Assembly (NCBI GenBank): GCA_028534125.1
Contig: CM052832.1
Location: 17,052,001-17,116,000 of the forward strand
Source: Lama glama
Taxonomy: Eukaryota
DNA: 64,000 nucleotides
Reading direction: 5' to 3'
Below the pieces are notes generated by a model that was not told the DNA's origin, did no database searches, and saw only the letters and a program-made list of their open reading frames with translations. Positions 12,231 to 24,821 of this stretch are shown here, piece by piece (positions within the stretch are counted from its first letter, which is position 1; every line of letters starts with the position of its first letter). Made by a program: the position numbers and the translations under genes.

Positions 12231-14414
12231 CTGCTGCCTTTCTTTTCATTTCCTACCTTTGTGTTTCTGTCTACACAATACTCTCTTTTAATCCCAAATA
12301 ATTTGGAAAGCTGGGTCAGTTTTTCAGGAACATAGTTTTGATCTGAATTGCTGTGGAATGAGCACCAAAATCCTGTGAACTTGAGCTATTTATTCTAGTC
12401 TCTACATTCCTAGCCTCAGCCCCGTGAGAGGCCATGAGGTCAGATGGTTCCAAAAGTCACCCTGTGGTTGGCAGACTCTACATTTGTTCCCACTGTTCCC
12501 TCCTCTAGTATCTCACCCATGTGTAATATATGCTTTTGGAACATATCTGGACCTAATAACTTGCTTGAAACAAATATTATATGGGAAGTGCTGGGCTATA
12601 TATATTGGAATCACTAGTGGAATAGACACGAGGGACCTGGGGTCAGTTGCCTCAGGCTGGCTGTCCAGGCCAGGCTGGGGCAGCAGAGATTTTAGATGGA
12701 GCCCTTGGCAATGACCCTGCGCTCCTTTCCTGAGGAGCTTCTCCTCTAGATCTCAGCCCGCACACCCCGTGCCATCAGACAGGAGGAGGAGGAGGAAGAG
12801 ACACCAGCAGTGATTCTCATCCTAGCTGGAATGTCGAGGGAACTGTCTATATAAAGGACAGAAAGGAAGTGAAGAAATGAAGGCTCCCAAATCTAACACC
12901 TGGTGACCCACACACTCCCCGAGGTCAGACCCCATGCAGAAAGATGAGGAGGGTAACAGTCTCCAGTCTCCCTGTGCTGCCCTCTGGGGCCCAGCTCTCT
13001 CTTCTCCAACTACAATAATGCCCCAGGAGTGCAGAATAGTTACTATCAGTATCTTGACCTGAACAACATTTATATTTTAAAAATGGAATAATGTCAGAAT
13101 ATTTGTTAAATTGATACCAAAGATGCAGATAGAATGTGTGGTCAATACCACCTGATGCAATGGAATCTCTTTCTATAAGACTCTTGAGACTCGTAACACT
13201 CACCTTGCCCAGGGAGGGAATTTGGAAGAATTATGAATAGGATGAAGCCAGAAGTGTAATTTTCACTGTGTATCCTTTTAGGTCATAGGAATTTTTTCAA
13301 CCTTGCACATGTATTAGTCTAATGAAATCAACGTTGAAGGACAGAAGAAAACCCTACACTCATTTAGTAATTTTTTTATCCTGGATGTCAGGCTCTCTGC
13401 TGGGCCTCAGTGAGTGAAACACCAAGAGTTCACACTGGGGTGGAAGAGCCTGAATTACTTGCAACTATTAAAGAGAACACACTGCATCTTCCCAAAACAG
13501 CATCTCCCCAGACAGCCACATTGAGGAGGTTTTAAGGGCACAAGCAGATCCATGAAGGAGCTTGAGCAGAGGAAAATTCAGCACAGAATTGGGACAAAGT
13601 CAACAGAGCCCAAGCATTAGTGGATGGAGGTCACAAGGTACAGTAAATCTCAGCAGCATCATCCCTTAGGTTCCAGGTCATCTGGAGGTTGAGTGCCTGG
13701 TGGGGCTTGAAGTTCTGCAAGACTGCTCAAGGAAGCGCTTTACCATTGACACAGATCTGGGGTCTTTATTATCTGGCTTATTATGTACGCTGTTGTTACT
13801 TCTCTTGCCTGGGATCAGTCACTCTTTATTCTGTTCCCTTAAGATCATTAATACTGAGACCAGTTCAAGGGCAAGCATGTGACCAGGCTTAGATCACAAA
13901 ATGGCTCAGGCCTCAAATGGCTTCTCTTATGTGAAAAAGCTGTACCTGCCTCGTCTCTGGAGACCCCCTACCCTGTCTCCTTACAACACCAACAAAATAC
14001 AACCACCTGAAGGGACTTGTATGGGATCCTGTATGACAGCAAGCTGGAAGGAAGAGTGGGAGCCCAGGATATGCTGACAGCACGACAAGGAAAAAAAAAT
14101 ATGGTTCATTTTAGTGATGGCACTTTCCAAAGATAGAGGAGACCTGAAAATTCAGAGGGAAATAATCAGAGAGGACCCTCTCTCAGGTTCACACAGAAAC
14201 AGAGAGAAACTTCCAATGGAAACTTTGATGCTTGTATCCAGGACGGTGCTTTGTGAACACCTCTGTCCGGCAGATAACCTCGTCCAACGTGGACCCGCAG
14301 TGACAGTGAGTGTTCAGTGATGTGCAACCCTTGTGTGTACACGTCCAGGGCAGAGGCCGCACTGCCTAGTGTTCCTGCTCTCTCTGACCTGGGGCTTTTC
14401 TGTGCAGACAGACT

Positions 14415-14720
14415 CTAAGGTGGTGCCCAACGATCCTCGCCCCTTGGGAGTCACACCTTGTGGAATCTTCCCCCCAGGAGTGTGGGTGGGGCGTGGGACT
14501 TGCTGCTAACCAATAGAATGTGACAATGGGGATGTCACCCCTGTGATCAGACCCTAGAAGAGTGTGACCCCATCCTGCTAGCTGACCGCTACTGTCCGCA
14601 CTGCCTGCAAGCTCTGGTGCAGCCAGTTGCTGCGCTGGAAAGGCCCACGTGGCAAGGAGCTGAGGTAGCACCCGAGCCACAGCCAGCAAGAGACTGAGGC
14701 CACCAGTCTGACCGCCCACG
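14415..14720 (+). mobile_element. MaLR LTR (MLT1E/F-like) fragment
   Basis: gacttgctgctaaccaatagaatgtg...ggatgtcacccctgtgat...aggcccacgtggcaaggagctgagg...cagccagcaagagactgagg. Confidence 0.65.
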
Positions 14721-15579
14721 GGGAGCCAATCAGGCCTCTTCCCCAAGGCAGCCCTTACCTTTCTTGAGGACACACTCCCAGCTTTCCCTTTACCAGCACA
14801 CATGTCAGGCTCTCTCTCTATCCAAGTTGTTCTCCTCTCCCTCCATCCAGGAGCCCAGCAGGGAATGGCAGGCAGGGAGGGAGGACGTGCTGGGAGCAGG
14901 GCCGTGGTGTCACCTCAGAGCTGATGGTACCAGGAAGTCAGTGGAAAGGAAAGAAGTCAGGGCAGCAGGGATAGGACGGAGAGCAGTGACCACCCCTGTG
15001 ACTCTCAGGGGCATGTGGAGCTGCGCTTTCGGGCTGTGAGATAACACAGTGATGAGTAAACTCTGCACAGTCCCTGCTGGTCTCTCCTTCAGCATCTGGA
15101 TCGTCCAGCTCACAGTCTGGATCCAAACACCACTGATGCCCCACAGCCCGGTGTGACCCTCCCCTCCCAGCACCTCCAGCAGACACACCCCATCAGCCAA
15201 TGAGGGGCCAACTCTCCTGTCACCCACACCCCATGGATTCACCGGAAGGGTTGTGAGATACAGGACAGACTCCTGGCCAGTCTCATAGCCTGGAGGGGAA
15301 TGGAAGGTGGCAGAGTCCCCCAGAGGAGGTGACCCTCAATGAGGCAGGTGAACAGCACAGGGAGTCAGTGTAACAGAGCAAGAACACACTTGGGCTCAGT
15401 GTTCACACTATTTCCTTAGAGTCATGGTTGAGCCAACTGAGAGTCAGTCAGCCTCTCTGTGGGATCAGTTTCCTTGTCTGTAAAATGAGGTTGATAGCTG
15501 TCCCTATCTCAGATGGCTCTCATGAGATATAACTGATATAATTCCTGTAAATCCCTTAAAACAATCTCTGACACAAAGA

Positions 15580-15913
15580 AATACAGCATATGATATTTAT
15601 CTGTCGAATCTAAAGAAAGATACAAATGAACTTATTTACAGAACAGAAACTGACTTACATGCATACAAAACAAAATTATGATTACCAAAGGGGAAAGTGG
15701 AGGAGAGAAAAATTAGGAGTTTGGGATTAGCAGTTACAAACTACGCTGTGTAAAATAAGTCAACAACGAGGTCCTGCTGCACAGCACAGGAAACGATAGT
15801 CAATGTCTTGTAATTTCAATAATGACAAAGAACCTGTACACACACAACTGAATCACTCTGCTGTGAAAGGAACACAGCATTGGAAATCAATGATACTTCA
15901 ATTTTTAAAAAAA
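15580..15913 (+). mobile_element. LINE-1 3' end (artiodactyl type)
   Basis: gatacaaatgaacttatttacagaacagaaac...ggagtttgggattagcag...aatcactctgctgt...atacttcaa followed by an A-rich tail. Confidence 0.8.
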
Positions 15914-17831
15914 CATACACATAGGACGTGAGGCACAGGAAAACAGCAGAGGGGAGGGAAGAAGTTATATTGTTCAAAAGGTGGAGAAAGGAGACAAAAG
16001 AATGTTTATTTATTTTTCCCTTCCCCACATATACTTTTCACATCAGTTCCCCTTCCAACCATCCAAAGCAAGCACCACTCAATGTTCTATCACATGATGC
16101 TATTTGGAGGAGCAAAATGCTCCCAGGACTGGTAGGGGTGCTGTTAACTGATGTGGTTTTTCCAGTTAGTTCTCAAAGCTATTCTTGGTCACACAGGAAG
16201 AGAATGAAGAAAGTAATATTATCATAATAGGTTTTGGAATTGTGGGTAAGTTTTTTTCTCCATTAAATGTATTTGCTTTTGTTTTGGTTTGTATGTGTTG
16301 TTGTGCAATCAGAAAAGGAAAAAAAACAAGAGAAGGAAAAGAGTTGATCTTGGGCATCATGAAGCAAAGAAGAAGCAACCACTAAAACAAAACGAGAATT
16401 TACATGCATTATCCAACTTATTCCACTCATAGCTCTGTGAAGGTACTTAGGTATTATAATCGCAGCTTAACTGTCCAGTATTAGGAATGATACGCAGAAG
16501 TGCCAAGCCCAGCATCTCACAGCTCACGGAATCCAGGTCCCCAGCCCCTTGGCCAGCACTCCATCTACAATGGTCACTTCAGTGAGGACGGGTCTCGGAG
16601 AGCAAGTGGTTGGGCCCCTCACATGTCATGCTTCTCTATACAACATCAAGAGGGAACGGCTGCAGCCCTTTAGTGATGGAGAACTCAGTTGCTACCAAGG
16701 AAGCGGACTCCTGTGTCAAGTCTAATTAAAAAACGAAACAAACAAAACCTTACGTTGAGTCCAATTCTGTCTCTGTGATGCTTCTACAGAAATGACCAAT
16801 TTTGACCTCTGAATTAGTTTAAGTCTTCACATAACATCCTTCAAACATTTGAAGAATACTCTATTCATAAGCAAGGTACGTTACATCAAGGCCAAAAAAA
16901 AAAAAAAAGCTATTATCATGAGGAAGGTTGGTCCAAATACGTTTCAGCCCACTAGAAACATAAAGTTCTGCCTATCGACACTTTGGGGAGGTGTGTTAAC
17001 TTTTTAACTCAAATGATATTCATTTGGCACATGATATCCACCAGGCAGGGGGAGGCCTGTGATCAAGTCATATATTCCCTGTGTGTTTAGACGCTTGAGT
17101 CCAGCTGGAAAGACAGGCATTTGGAGTGTAGAGCGAGGGCGCCCACCCTACTCAGGAGCAGCTCAGGATGTCCTCCCTGAGGAGGTGACATTGGAACTGA
17201 GCCCTGAGGATGAACAGGAGATGACAGAGGAGGTGTGGTCTATATGGAGGGAAACCACTGATGAGAAGTCCTGTATGTATACTGGACAGTGTGGGGGGTT
17301 CATGGGACTGACCAGGTCCAGGGAGGCTGGAGGCAGCCAGACATGGGGCTGAAGGGTGCGGGCTCCACCTAGACAGCCTGGACCCGGCATCTTCTCCCCA
17401 CCCACTTCGCTGTGTGACCCCAGCAGGTGACTGACCCCAGTGCCCTTCACTTTCCTCATCTGTAAAATGGGTGAGATTTCAGGACAAGGTGAGGACTGGC
17501 TGAGCTGAGACCTGTGAGATGCTCAGAACAGTGCCTGGCACACAGTTGATGCTCAACCCTGTTTGCTTTCGTGGTGGGAGGGAAACAAGGTGGGACAAAG
17601 AGGGGAGGCTGAGGAGAGAGGCCAGGTCCGGGGAGCCTTCCTTGCCTTGTTCTGGAAACAGAGAAGCACAGGTGAACTTCCATTCTGAGAGAGGCCCGTC
17701 CATCTGCATGTGGAGAAGAGACTGGAGAGGATGAGAGTGTGTGTGGGGACCAGTGAGGATGCTCCTGGGGAGGCCCCGCACCAGTGGCTGAGATGACCCC
17801 TCTCCATCCCAAACTCCTCTCCCCGCCTCAG

Positions 17832-18341
17832 GTCCTGTTCACATTCCTCTCGGCACCCTCCTCCTGCCAGAGTCATCGTTGAGAAGGAAATGCTGAGCAC
17901 ACAGTGGATGGCGCCACGGCAAGATCCCCCCACTGTGGGGGATCTCCTGGGAGAGGTGACCTGCAGTGTGTGCCTGGAGCACGTGTTGGACCCTGTGAGC
18001 CTCTTCTGTGGCCACAGCTCCTGCCAGGCCTGTGTCACCAGGTGCCATGTCACTTTCAGATCCACCGAGGAAGCCCTGTGCTGTCCCTTCTGCAAGCAGC
18101 CATTTCAAGAGGGGACCTCGGGCCCAACTGGGTTTTGGCCAGTTCAGTCCCCAGCCTCCTAACACTGGAGCCCAGGGGTGAGACTCCAGCACAGGAAGTC
18201 TGGTTCTGTGAGCAGCACAGGAAAAGCATCTTCCTCATTTTCCAGGAGGAACAGCTATTCCTGTGTGTGGTTTGCCAAGATCTCACAGAGCGCAAGTGCC
18301 TCTCGGGGCTGCAGGAGGAGGGAGACACTCGGCCTCACGAT
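17832..18341 (+). pseudogene. TRIM26-like pseudogene, RING plus degenerate B-box exon
   Basis: AG acceptor at 17830-17831 and GTAAGT donor at 18342. RING EVTCSVC...CGHSSCQAC...CPFC has all 8 ligands. After a 1-nt frameshift at the G run 18111-18114 the other frame reads DLGPNWVLASSV...CEQHRK...LCVVCQD...RPHD, like TRIM26 (IRPVWQLASLV...CERHRE...LCVMCRE...QPHR). Several B-box Cys/His ligands are lost. Confidence 0.8.
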
Positions 18342-19294
18342 GTAAGTCAGCCCGTCACTGTCTTGTCTGAACCAGGTGCAAACTCTGGGGTGGCTTGCTC
18401 TCTTACTGCCTTATTCACTAGTACAGATGAGTAAACTGCTATGTTCTAGACACAGTTCTAAATGGACAAAGAGCTGCTCTTTCAAGCCTGGGTTCTACTC
18501 TTAACACCGCTTGAATGCGCACTATCTCTAAACTTCTCCAGCAGCAGAGGCATCGCAGCTTCTCCACCTGCAGACACAGCAGCCTCGGGGTTGCTTGAGA
18601 TCTCGCATCCCCTCCAGGATCCCCTTCTGGGTTTCTGGGTGTGAAGGAAACATGATTGGACACAGAGTTGTAAAAGCAAAAATGCTCTTGTTAAACAAGG
18701 CTTTTATTTGATGTGGGCTCTACAATTTGGGCAAATAAGAACACTGTTATTTTTAGAAAAGGGAATCTTGGTGTATTCATCACTTACATTGTGGCTCAAA
18801 ATGGCCTCAATTAAACGTAGGTTTGTCAAAGAAGGAGTCCTTGTCTTCCTGAGCTGACTAAAGGAAAGCAGGGGACCAGGGAGTCTCAGGTACAAGTAGC
18901 ACCAGGGGCTCGACTGCAACTAACAGTCCCACCTCTTATTTTCTCTTTGTTCTGATTGACTCATTTTTCAGACCAGCGACCTGTACAAACTGTATCCTCA
19001 GCCATGTCTAGGGTCTTACCTCTCATCTTGCCAACAAAGAAAGACTCAGAGTTACTCTCCCTTATCCTGAAGTAGAAAATTCAAGGAATGAATTTGAGTC
19101 AGTGGCCTGCATCCTGCCTTAGCTGTACTGGGTACCGCTGAGGGGCTGGCTGAAGCGTCAGCTAGCAGCAAGCTTTAGGGCTAGAAGCTGAGGTCAGATT
19201 CCAATCCTAGTGTTTCAGTGTATCGGGATGGACTCAGTTATGCTGCAGTAACAAACAGCACCCCTCTGCCAGTGGCTTAAAGAAAAGGGTTTCA

Positions 19295-19538
19295 TTTCAC
19301 AGAACTAGAACAAATCATAATAAAATTTATATGGAACCATCAAAGACCTAGAATTGCCAAAGCATTACTGAAGAGAAAGAAAGAGGCTGGAGGAATAACT
19401 CTCCCAGACTTCAGACAATACTATAGAGCTACAGTCATCAAGACAGCATGGTATTGGTACCAAATACCATGACATATAGACCAATGGAACAGAATAGACA
19501 GCCCAGAAATGAACCCACAAACTTTTGGTCAACTCATC
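19295..19538 (+). mobile_element. LINE-1 ORF2 fragment, truncated by the assembly gap
   Basis: ttcacagaactagaacaa...aaatttatatggaacca...ggaggaataactctcccagacttcagacaatactatagagctacagtcatcaagacagcatggtattgg (L1 ORF2 ...[18 protein letters not shown]). Confidence 0.9.
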
Positions 19539-20038
19539 NNNNNNNNNNNNNNNNNNNNNNNNNNNNNNNNNNNNNNNNNNNNNNNNNNNNNNNNNNNNNN
19601 NNNNNNNNNNNNNNNNNNNNNNNNNNNNNNNNNNNNNNNNNNNNNNNNNNNNNNNNNNNNNNNNNNNNNNNNNNNNNNNNNNNNNNNNNNNNNNNNNNNN
19701 NNNNNNNNNNNNNNNNNNNNNNNNNNNNNNNNNNNNNNNNNNNNNNNNNNNNNNNNNNNNNNNNNNNNNNNNNNNNNNNNNNNNNNNNNNNNNNNNNNNN
19801 NNNNNNNNNNNNNNNNNNNNNNNNNNNNNNNNNNNNNNNNNNNNNNNNNNNNNNNNNNNNNNNNNNNNNNNNNNNNNNNNNNNNNNNNNNNNNNNNNNNN
19901 NNNNNNNNNNNNNNNNNNNNNNNNNNNNNNNNNNNNNNNNNNNNNNNNNNNNNNNNNNNNNNNNNNNNNNNNNNNNNNNNNNNNNNNNNNNNNNNNNNNN
20001 NNNNNNNNNNNNNNNNNNNNNNNNNNNNNNNNNNNNNN
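19539..20038. other. assembly gap (500 N)
   Basis: Run of N. The round length suggests a placeholder size. Confidence 0.99.
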
Positions 20039-20193
20039 GGGGGACCCTAAAGCAGAGGATCAGGCACCTATACTTTTGGTCTTGGGACGACATCTGAAGG
20101 GAGCAATATAAAGCCTCCTGGTCTAATCCAGGGAGTCGTGGGTGCCAGACCCCCTCTGCTTGTCTCCGCAACCAATTCTTACGGCCTGCGCAG

Positions 20194-22559
20194 ACTTTGA
20201 AGGGAAGATGGTGAAGACTTCATTTGTGTTCCGCAAACTGGGAACAGCCATGCCTGTGTCAATGGAGGAAGGACCTGAATTCCAAGGACCCGTGGTAAGT
20301 GAATTACATCGAGGACTGGCCCCGTTAGAGGGTGGGAAAGAAATGGAGAGGCGATTGCTGAGATCTGAAGAGTTTTGTACTCAATTCCAAGGGGAGGAGT
20401 GGGGGTCTTTAAAACAGCAGAGTCTGAGGAGTGTAATAACCTGATTATCTGTGAGAAGTAGGGGGAATTATTAACCCAGTTGCTTCCCAGGTTGACAGGC
20501 GCTGCGCTCGATGTGGTCATGAGGGAATGGCTTACTACACCAGACAGATGCGCTCAGCGGATGAAGGGCAGACTGTCTTCTACACCTGTACAAACTGCAA
20601 GTGTGTATCCTTTCCCTTCTCTCTGCCCTTTCTCAGTCTGTTTGCTACCTGAACAAATCCAGCGATTTACTTTTTGTACTGCATAAATCATTGTCTCCTT
20701 GGTCCCATCCCTCATTTCTGTACAGTTCAAGTAATAGGGAGATTTGTGGTCGTGGTTTTTGTTTGTTTGTTTCTTGTCCTTTTTCCCCCCAAAGTTACAC
20801 TTTTCTCTTTTCACACCTAGTCGTCTAAATCTTTTAGGAGTTTAGGATATTTAAAAGGAAATGAAAAAATACAGGAGGCAAGTGTTATTCTTTGATCAGT
20901 ATGTTACAGTGGAATCACCCACTACACTCAAGGTAGTTTTACTTGGATGAAAATTAGTCATGGATGATTTAAAGAACATGGATTCTCAGAATAGTTTTAA
21001 GGACTCCTCTATTTTTTGGTGTTCTGCAGTTTCACTACAATATATCAAGATGTGGCTTTCTTTTATTTATCCTGTTTGGGATTTGTTGGGCTTTCTGAAA
21101 GTGAGGATTGATTTTTTTTTTTTTCCTATCAACCTTGGAAAATTATCAACCATTATCTCATTGAATATTGCCTTTCCCCTGTGTTCTCAATTCCCACATT
21201 CTGGAGCTTTCATTAATTAGTTGTTTATTAGATCTTATCTTCTACCCGCCATTTCTCTCACCCTTCATATTCTCCATCTCCTTTCTCTTCATTGCTGCTT
21301 CTGGGTAAATTCTTCTGGTCTTTCTTTCAGGTCACTAATTCTGTCTTCATTTTACTTAAATTGTCATTACTTAAAATTTTTTTCTTGAGTTCTACTTGAT
21401 TATATTTCAAATCCCCTCAGATTTTTTTTAATAATTTGTAATTCTTCAATGTTTTAAATTGTTCCTTTTATCCTTAAAATATGTATTATACTTAAATACA
21501 TTAAACATGATATATTGTGTCCGATGATATATCTGATAATTCTCATACCCACAGGTTTTGTGGGTCTGATGCTGCTGTCTGTTATTTCTGTTGACTCATG
21601 TTGTTTGCATGGTGCTTTTTTTTTGTTTTGTGATTTTTGACTATAAGCTCAGATTTTTTTAGAATTTGAAATATGAGACTTCTTTGAGGCCTGGGGTGAA
21701 AGCTATATTCTCAGCATTTGTGTTTCCTGTTCAGGTGCCTTGAGGCACTGCCAAGCCAGAATTATGTTAAATTAATTCTCAGCTTCATGTATTTTGGAGA
21801 ACGTAGGTAGTAAGAATTTGGGCTGCAAATCTAATGTAAAGGCCAGCTTTTGGTTAGAAATTCTCAGGATAGATTTTTTTCTCCCACCATCTAGTGAGAC
21901 AGTCAAATTCCTCTTCTGCAGAGTTGGATTTTTTTTTTTCCTTGTTCACTTTTATATGGAGGGGTAGCCTCTTGGGGGTCTCAAACTTATGCAGAGTATC
22001 TCCTGTCAGACATTGTTGATTTGTCTCTGGTTCCTCCATGGGGCTGTCAAAACAGCAAGGGCACCGTGGTAGCCGGGGCTTCCGTTTTAATTTCCCTGTC
22101 TAGATTCCTGGTTTTACATCATTTCACCCAGTGTGAAGATGGCCTTTACTTCCTTGCCATCTCATCAATGGATTAAAACTATTTATAGTTATATCTTTTG
22201 AGAGTAGTTTTTCCCCATTTTGACCTATTTATTTTTACTTTTTTTTTTAATGAACAGCAGTTTTTAATTTTTATGAGGTCTGGCTTATCCTTTTTCTTTT
22301 ATGCCTAGTGCTTTCTGCTTCCTAGAAAACCTTGGCATACTTCATAATTCACAAGATATATTTTTTAATCCTGCATCTTAAGGTTGTCTTGAATATGTGG
22401 AGGGTTGTTAAGGGGAGCTAGTCCTCCACCATCATAAATCAAAGTCCTTCTTGGTATTAAATTGAGTGCCTCATCTTACACTGCTAGAACCTCTTCCTTT
22501 GATCAAATATAACAAGTCTTTTCTTTCTTTATAGGTTCCAGGAGAAGGAAGACTCTTGA
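20194..22559 (+). CDS. POLR1H: RNA polymerase I subunit H (RPA12/ZNRD1), partial: last three coding exons; first coding exon falls in the gap
   Basis: Exons 20194-20294 ([34 protein letters not shown]), 20491-20600 ([37 protein letters not shown], a TFIIS-like zinc ribbon with RSADEG) and 22535-22559 (FQEKEDS*). Splice phases are compatible. AATAAA at 22800-22805. Confidence 0.95.
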
Positions 22560-24399
22560 TTTTTTTCCTGAGCAACTCAACAATCCCTCCTTCTCCTTGG
22601 AAGGTGAAGGATGTTGGGTTCTTCGGTCTTTGACCACCTCCTGGTTGCACTGTTTTGCTCCCAGAGGAAAAGCATATCATCATGTGGTGATTACCATTGT
22701 CCTCAGAGTACTCCTACCCTGGTTGAATTTCCTTTTTAAAGTTTTATTTTTCTTTAGGAGCCAGACATATGTATGTTATTTATAACCTGTCTTATTCCAA
22801 ATAAATTTAGTTTACAGAAATACATGTGTTCATTCAACAAATATATCATCTATAAAAAGATAATATAAATTAGTACATAAGAAAGAAAAAGAAAAATGGA
22901 GCCAGGATTGAGGCTAATATAAAAAGGCAATTAAAAGTATTCCCTCCCTATCTAAATCTATTTGGTTCCTGAGTTTAGGGAAGCAAAAAGTAGGAGTTTG
23001 GATAGGGAGAGATTCAACAGAAAACTTATCCAGATTCATTTGGTATGTAAGTTTGGACCAAAAAAAAAAAAATCTGACACTAAGAGATACATGTGGACAT
23101 TTTGGAAATTTTTTTTTTATTGTTCTTGAGACAAATTTTATATATATATACATATATATATTCATTGTAATAGATTCATATATAGAAAGGTAGAAAGAAA
23201 AAAGTAAAAATTCAAAAGGGATCCCACTCCACAGAAATATGTAGATTTTTTTTTTAATGGGCTTTACTATATATACATGCTGAGTTGTATCTTGCTTTTT
23301 TCAGTTTGAACCAAAAGCTTAGAGGGGAAACAAATAAGTAATCCAGGCACAATAAACATATTCAGATTTCAGTCTGGGAATCAGTATTCCTGCATTCCTT
23401 GGTTTAAATGGTGATCAGAGGATGACAGTAATAATGATTATCTTGTAATTGTGTGGCCCTTTATATATTGAGAGCTCTCATACTATCTTGCTTGACCCCC
23501 ACAGCAACTTGTAAGGATGAAGAGGGCAGTCTTTGCTGTACGTTTGAACACTTCTGGTAGTTGACTTTTCTGCCCGACTCCTGAAATCTTAATCAAATCT
23601 GTTCACGTTTTAAGCCTTTCTCTGGCCTGTAACACCGACTGGATAAAGTCCCAGTTTCTTAGCAAAGCATAAAGGGACGCTTATATAACCACGCCTACCC
23701 GGCAATCCTCATCTGGCCCTTACATCCCAGCAGTACAAAATTGCATTTCTTTCAGTGCACACAACACGACTTTGTAACTGCTTTCTTTACCTAAAACAGC
23801 CATTTGTCTGTTTTCTGAGAAACTCTTTCGCTCCCTGAGAAACATGCACATATTTTTATTTTAGCATAAATTGGCCTGTATTGTAATTTATGACTATTTC
23901 TGTGCCTTACTCTTACTCATCTCCACCCCAGAGCGAGTTTAGGCAATATATAACTAAATTCAGTTTCACAGATGAGATTTACATCTATATTAATATCCCA
24001 ATATCATATTTTTGTTAGCATTTTTGCCAGTCTTCCTCACTAGACAGGGAGCAAAAACGCAGAATCTGAGTATTTTACGCACTTCCATCTTCAAGTTCTA
24101 GCGCAGTGAAAGGAAAAAATCCAATTTGAAGGTGCATTAAGTGCCCCGCTCAAACACCTACAGGCACAGGGCGAGGACTAGAACTCAGAATCAGTGTTTC
24201 CAACTGCTCCGAGGTCCCGATTCTCTAATTCCCAGATGAAACAATAAGGGGGAAAGATAGGCCGTGGTAGGTTCACTACTACTGTCCCTTAGTTTCTCCG
24301 CCCTTCCACACATCCAAGGGATGGAGTCAGGGAAAGTGGGCTCAGCTACTGGATGTCTGAACCCAGTCCGCTGCCCCAAGCCCGTATCTACCCTTCCAG

Positions 24400-24700
24400 A
24401 CCGCGGGTTACTGCTCTGTTGCGCAAGTGCCTGCTGCCCACGACTGCGCCTCCTCTGCTCCCACACCGCAGCGACGCCTCTTCCGCCGAATTTGTGTCCC
24501 CTCTTTGCGGCGTCTGCGCGCTGTCACATTACAGCGGAACTAATCTGACGACCCTGCGCTTTGACGCGTGTAGTGCGGGGAAAGGAAAAGTGGGACCACA
24601 GACTGCGTCATACCCGGAAGTGGAGAGCCGGAAGTGGGGTTGGACAGGTTATCCCCAGGGGTGGGGCAGCGGAGGCCCGGGAGGAGGGGGAAAAAAGAAG
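24400..24700 (+). promoter_or_regulatory. CpG-island promoter of PPP1R11
   Basis: CpG-rich. Tandem ETS/GABP sites CCGGAAGT at 24614-24621 and 24628-24635; CRE half-sites TGACG 24546-24550 and 24562-24566, CGTCA 24606-24610. Confidence 0.8.
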
Positions 24701-24821
24701 GTGGAGGATCCTGGCTACTAATCTGAACTGATACCGATTCTCTTAGACCTCAGAGACTCAGAAAAGAGAGAAGGGTGTCTCATCCCCCTTCCTCCCCTCC
24801 TCCCTCTCCTCAGCCTTAGCC

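Noticed and set aside
19365..20171. Long ORFs spanning the first N run (and similarly 56860-57447)
   Set aside because: Artefacts of translating N gaps.
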